NCBI RefSeq assembly: GCF_006345805.1
Contig: NC_043008.1
Coordinates: 79,112,001-79,176,000 of the forward strand
DNA: 64,000 nt
Source: Octopus sinensis
Taxonomy: Eukaryota
Reading direction: 5' to 3'
The translations under genes were made by a program, and so were the position numbers. The notes beneath the pieces are model-generated. The model did not search any database. It saw only the letters and a list, made by a program, of their open reading frames with translations, and was not told the origin of the DNA. This document shows, one piece after another, positions 61,850-64,000 of the stretch; position 1 is the stretch's first letter, and each line of letters begins with the position of its first letter.

Positions 61850-64000
61850 CCCAATTTCTCCTTAAGTACATAGACGCTCCCTTTCTCTACTTTCTCCCTA
61901 CCCCCCTATTGCACTATTAGATTAATATAAATTAATATAATATAATATAATATAATTCCTCCCTTCCTCACAATCACAATCTCTTCCTCTCTCCTCCCTT
62001 CTCCCTTTTTCCCTCACAGCTTCTCTCTCTCTCTCCCCGCTACAACGGAATGGACAACATGCAAAAATTAGAGGTGAATGCAAACACTGGCGTCAACAAA
62101 AGCCAGCGTAACTGGACGAAAGTAGAGCTGGAAGTTTTCATCAGAGGATGGAGCTCGGCCGACAGATCGCAACCAACTAAAAACATAGTGGCGACCCTGA
62201 AAAGCCATGGCTTTATGAGGACGTTGGCGCAAGTAGAGAGGAAGAAAAGAGAAGTCGAAAGGGCCTACACTCTCATTGCACCACACATGGCTTTGCTAAG
62301 CCAAGTCCTCAAGGTGGACAAAGACAAAGAGAGAGAGATGGAAACAGGAAACACCAACCACAGAGTGTCAAAAAATGACACGCCCACTGCCACAGTCGAA
62401 GAAGGCAAGCAGGGCAAACAACAGATAGGCGGCGATGGGGAAACAGAAAATAACCACCCGGATGAAAAGACCTATGCAGAAAGGAACCAGTGGACAACCG
62501 TCCAACGGAGGAAGAAAAAACAGAGAGGAACTGGGGACAAGAAAACCCAGATAACATGCAAATTCTTCCGGAATGGAACCTGCTGGCATGGAGAAACAGG
62601 GGAAGGATGCAGGTTCGATCATCCCAGGCCCTATGGAAATTGCATCAAACCCACTCGACCAAAATGCCTTAACCAAAACCAGAACAAATACAAGCTGCCC
62701 CAGAAATATGCAGACATAGTGCGTAATGCCCCAACAAGGAGAAGGCGCACATTTGCAGAGGAAATGCAGACAGCGGCAGCAGAACAAAGAAATTTTGTGG
62801 AAATGGCAGAGAAAATTGTGGGACAACTGGCCTGGATACATCGTCTTCAGAGCCAGGGGCACTCACAACAGCACTCAAGACCACCACAATCAAGGGACCC
62901 AGGGTGGCCACCGCTGACGCCGGCCCAGGTGCCACACCGTCAGCCTTTATTGACACCCCTGGGTGTCTCACCAGTGCTTCTGCTGAATGTCAGAGGTCTG
63001 GTGAAACCCACTAATATGGGTAAAATTCCTTACCTTAGGGACTTGAGCACAAGCAACCATGCAATATGCATAGCGCTGACTGAAACGCACCTGTCAAGCA
63101 GTATAGCAGATGCAGAAATACACATACCGAAGTATACTCTTTTTCGGTCGGACAGGAAGGAAAGAACTCATGGTGGGGTTGCCCTGTACGTCCGTGAAGA
63201 TGTCACACCCATAGTACTGTTGACACACTCAAACTCAGTCTGTGACACACTGATAGTACACATGAAACAACCGAAAATAGTAATATGTGTCACATATCGG
63301 CCACCAGACACCCCTAGTCATGAAGGAGTGTTTGAAGATAGCCTCAGAAGAATAGAAGAAGTCCTGGACAAACTGGACCAGGGTAACACCATTCTACTGC
63401 TGGGAGATTTTAACCTTCCGAAAGTCAAATGGCCAGATGGCCATCTCCTCCCTGGAATGACATCACTTGAACAGAGACAGACAGAGTCCTTGTTGGCTCT
63501 CACACGCAAGTTTTTCATGGAGCAAGCAGTGCTTTGGCCAACAAGAGGTGAGAATGTCTTGGACCTCTGTTTCACAAGCAACCCGATGCTCATCCACAAC
63601 ATAATGGTAACACCAACAATTCTCTCAGATCACAACTTAGTAGAGGTAATGATATATGGTATGAGAGAGTTAGTTGAGACGCAGCCATTAGAAAATACCA
63701 CAGGCCTATCCAGTCTAAACTTCCATAAGGCAAACTGGAAGAAGATCAACGAAGAGATCCGAAAACATGACTGGAGTGACTTCATCACCACACAAGACAC
63801 CAACACACATTTCCAACATTTCATGACAACAATACAGAACATATGCCATAAGTTTGTCCCGGAGAAAAAAGCCAGCGGGCATAGGAACGTTATTCCCAGA
63901 GACAGGAAAATACTTATGAGGCGAAGAGCTAAGCTCTCGAAGCAACTGAATGCATGGCAGAGAAACAATGAGGACTCCACCTGAAACTTTTTGAAACGGA
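61850..64000 (+). mobile_element. CR1-like LINE 5' part: Myb/SANT-like domain, CCCH finger and APE endonuclease in one ORF (62050-63984)
   Basis: WTKVELEVFIRGW...LKSHGFMRTLAQVERK, CKFFRNGTCWHGETGEGCRFDH, LLNVRGL, IALTETHL. From about 63175 it is nearly identical to 51292-52120; a 1-bp deletion near 63971 causes the stop. Confidence 0.92.

Overview
Eukaryotic, AT-rich genomic DNA made almost entirely of transposon debris and (TA)n/(TACA)n microsatellites, with one 100-N gap at 53088-53187. The tRNA-derived SINE and LINE repertoire suggests an octopus or other cephalopod (inference, not verified). About ten copies or fragments of one RTE-clade LINE dominate; it carries a C4HC3 PHD-type finger inserted inside the reverse transcriptase and ends in (GAT)n next to (TA)n. 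Other elements: BovB-like and older RTE LINEs, two young CR1-like LINE copies (one with a Myb/SANT-like domain, CCCH finger and endonuclease in one frame), several Penelope-like element (PLE) remnants, three Helitron fragments, one full-length but defective mariner, a Chapaev3-like transposase relic, MITE-like elements and SINEs. The only host coding sequence recognised is one PUB-domain exon at 49317-49541 (+), most likely the first coding exon of NGLY1; everything downstream appears intronic. The most interesting non-obvious signal is a set of minimal hammerhead-ribozyme motifs (four clear, two degenerate), mostly in PLE terminal repeats, one of them in an ORF-less solo repeat inside the presumed NGLY1 intron. 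No novel multi-gene system is supported. All repeat boundaries were placed by eye and are approximate.
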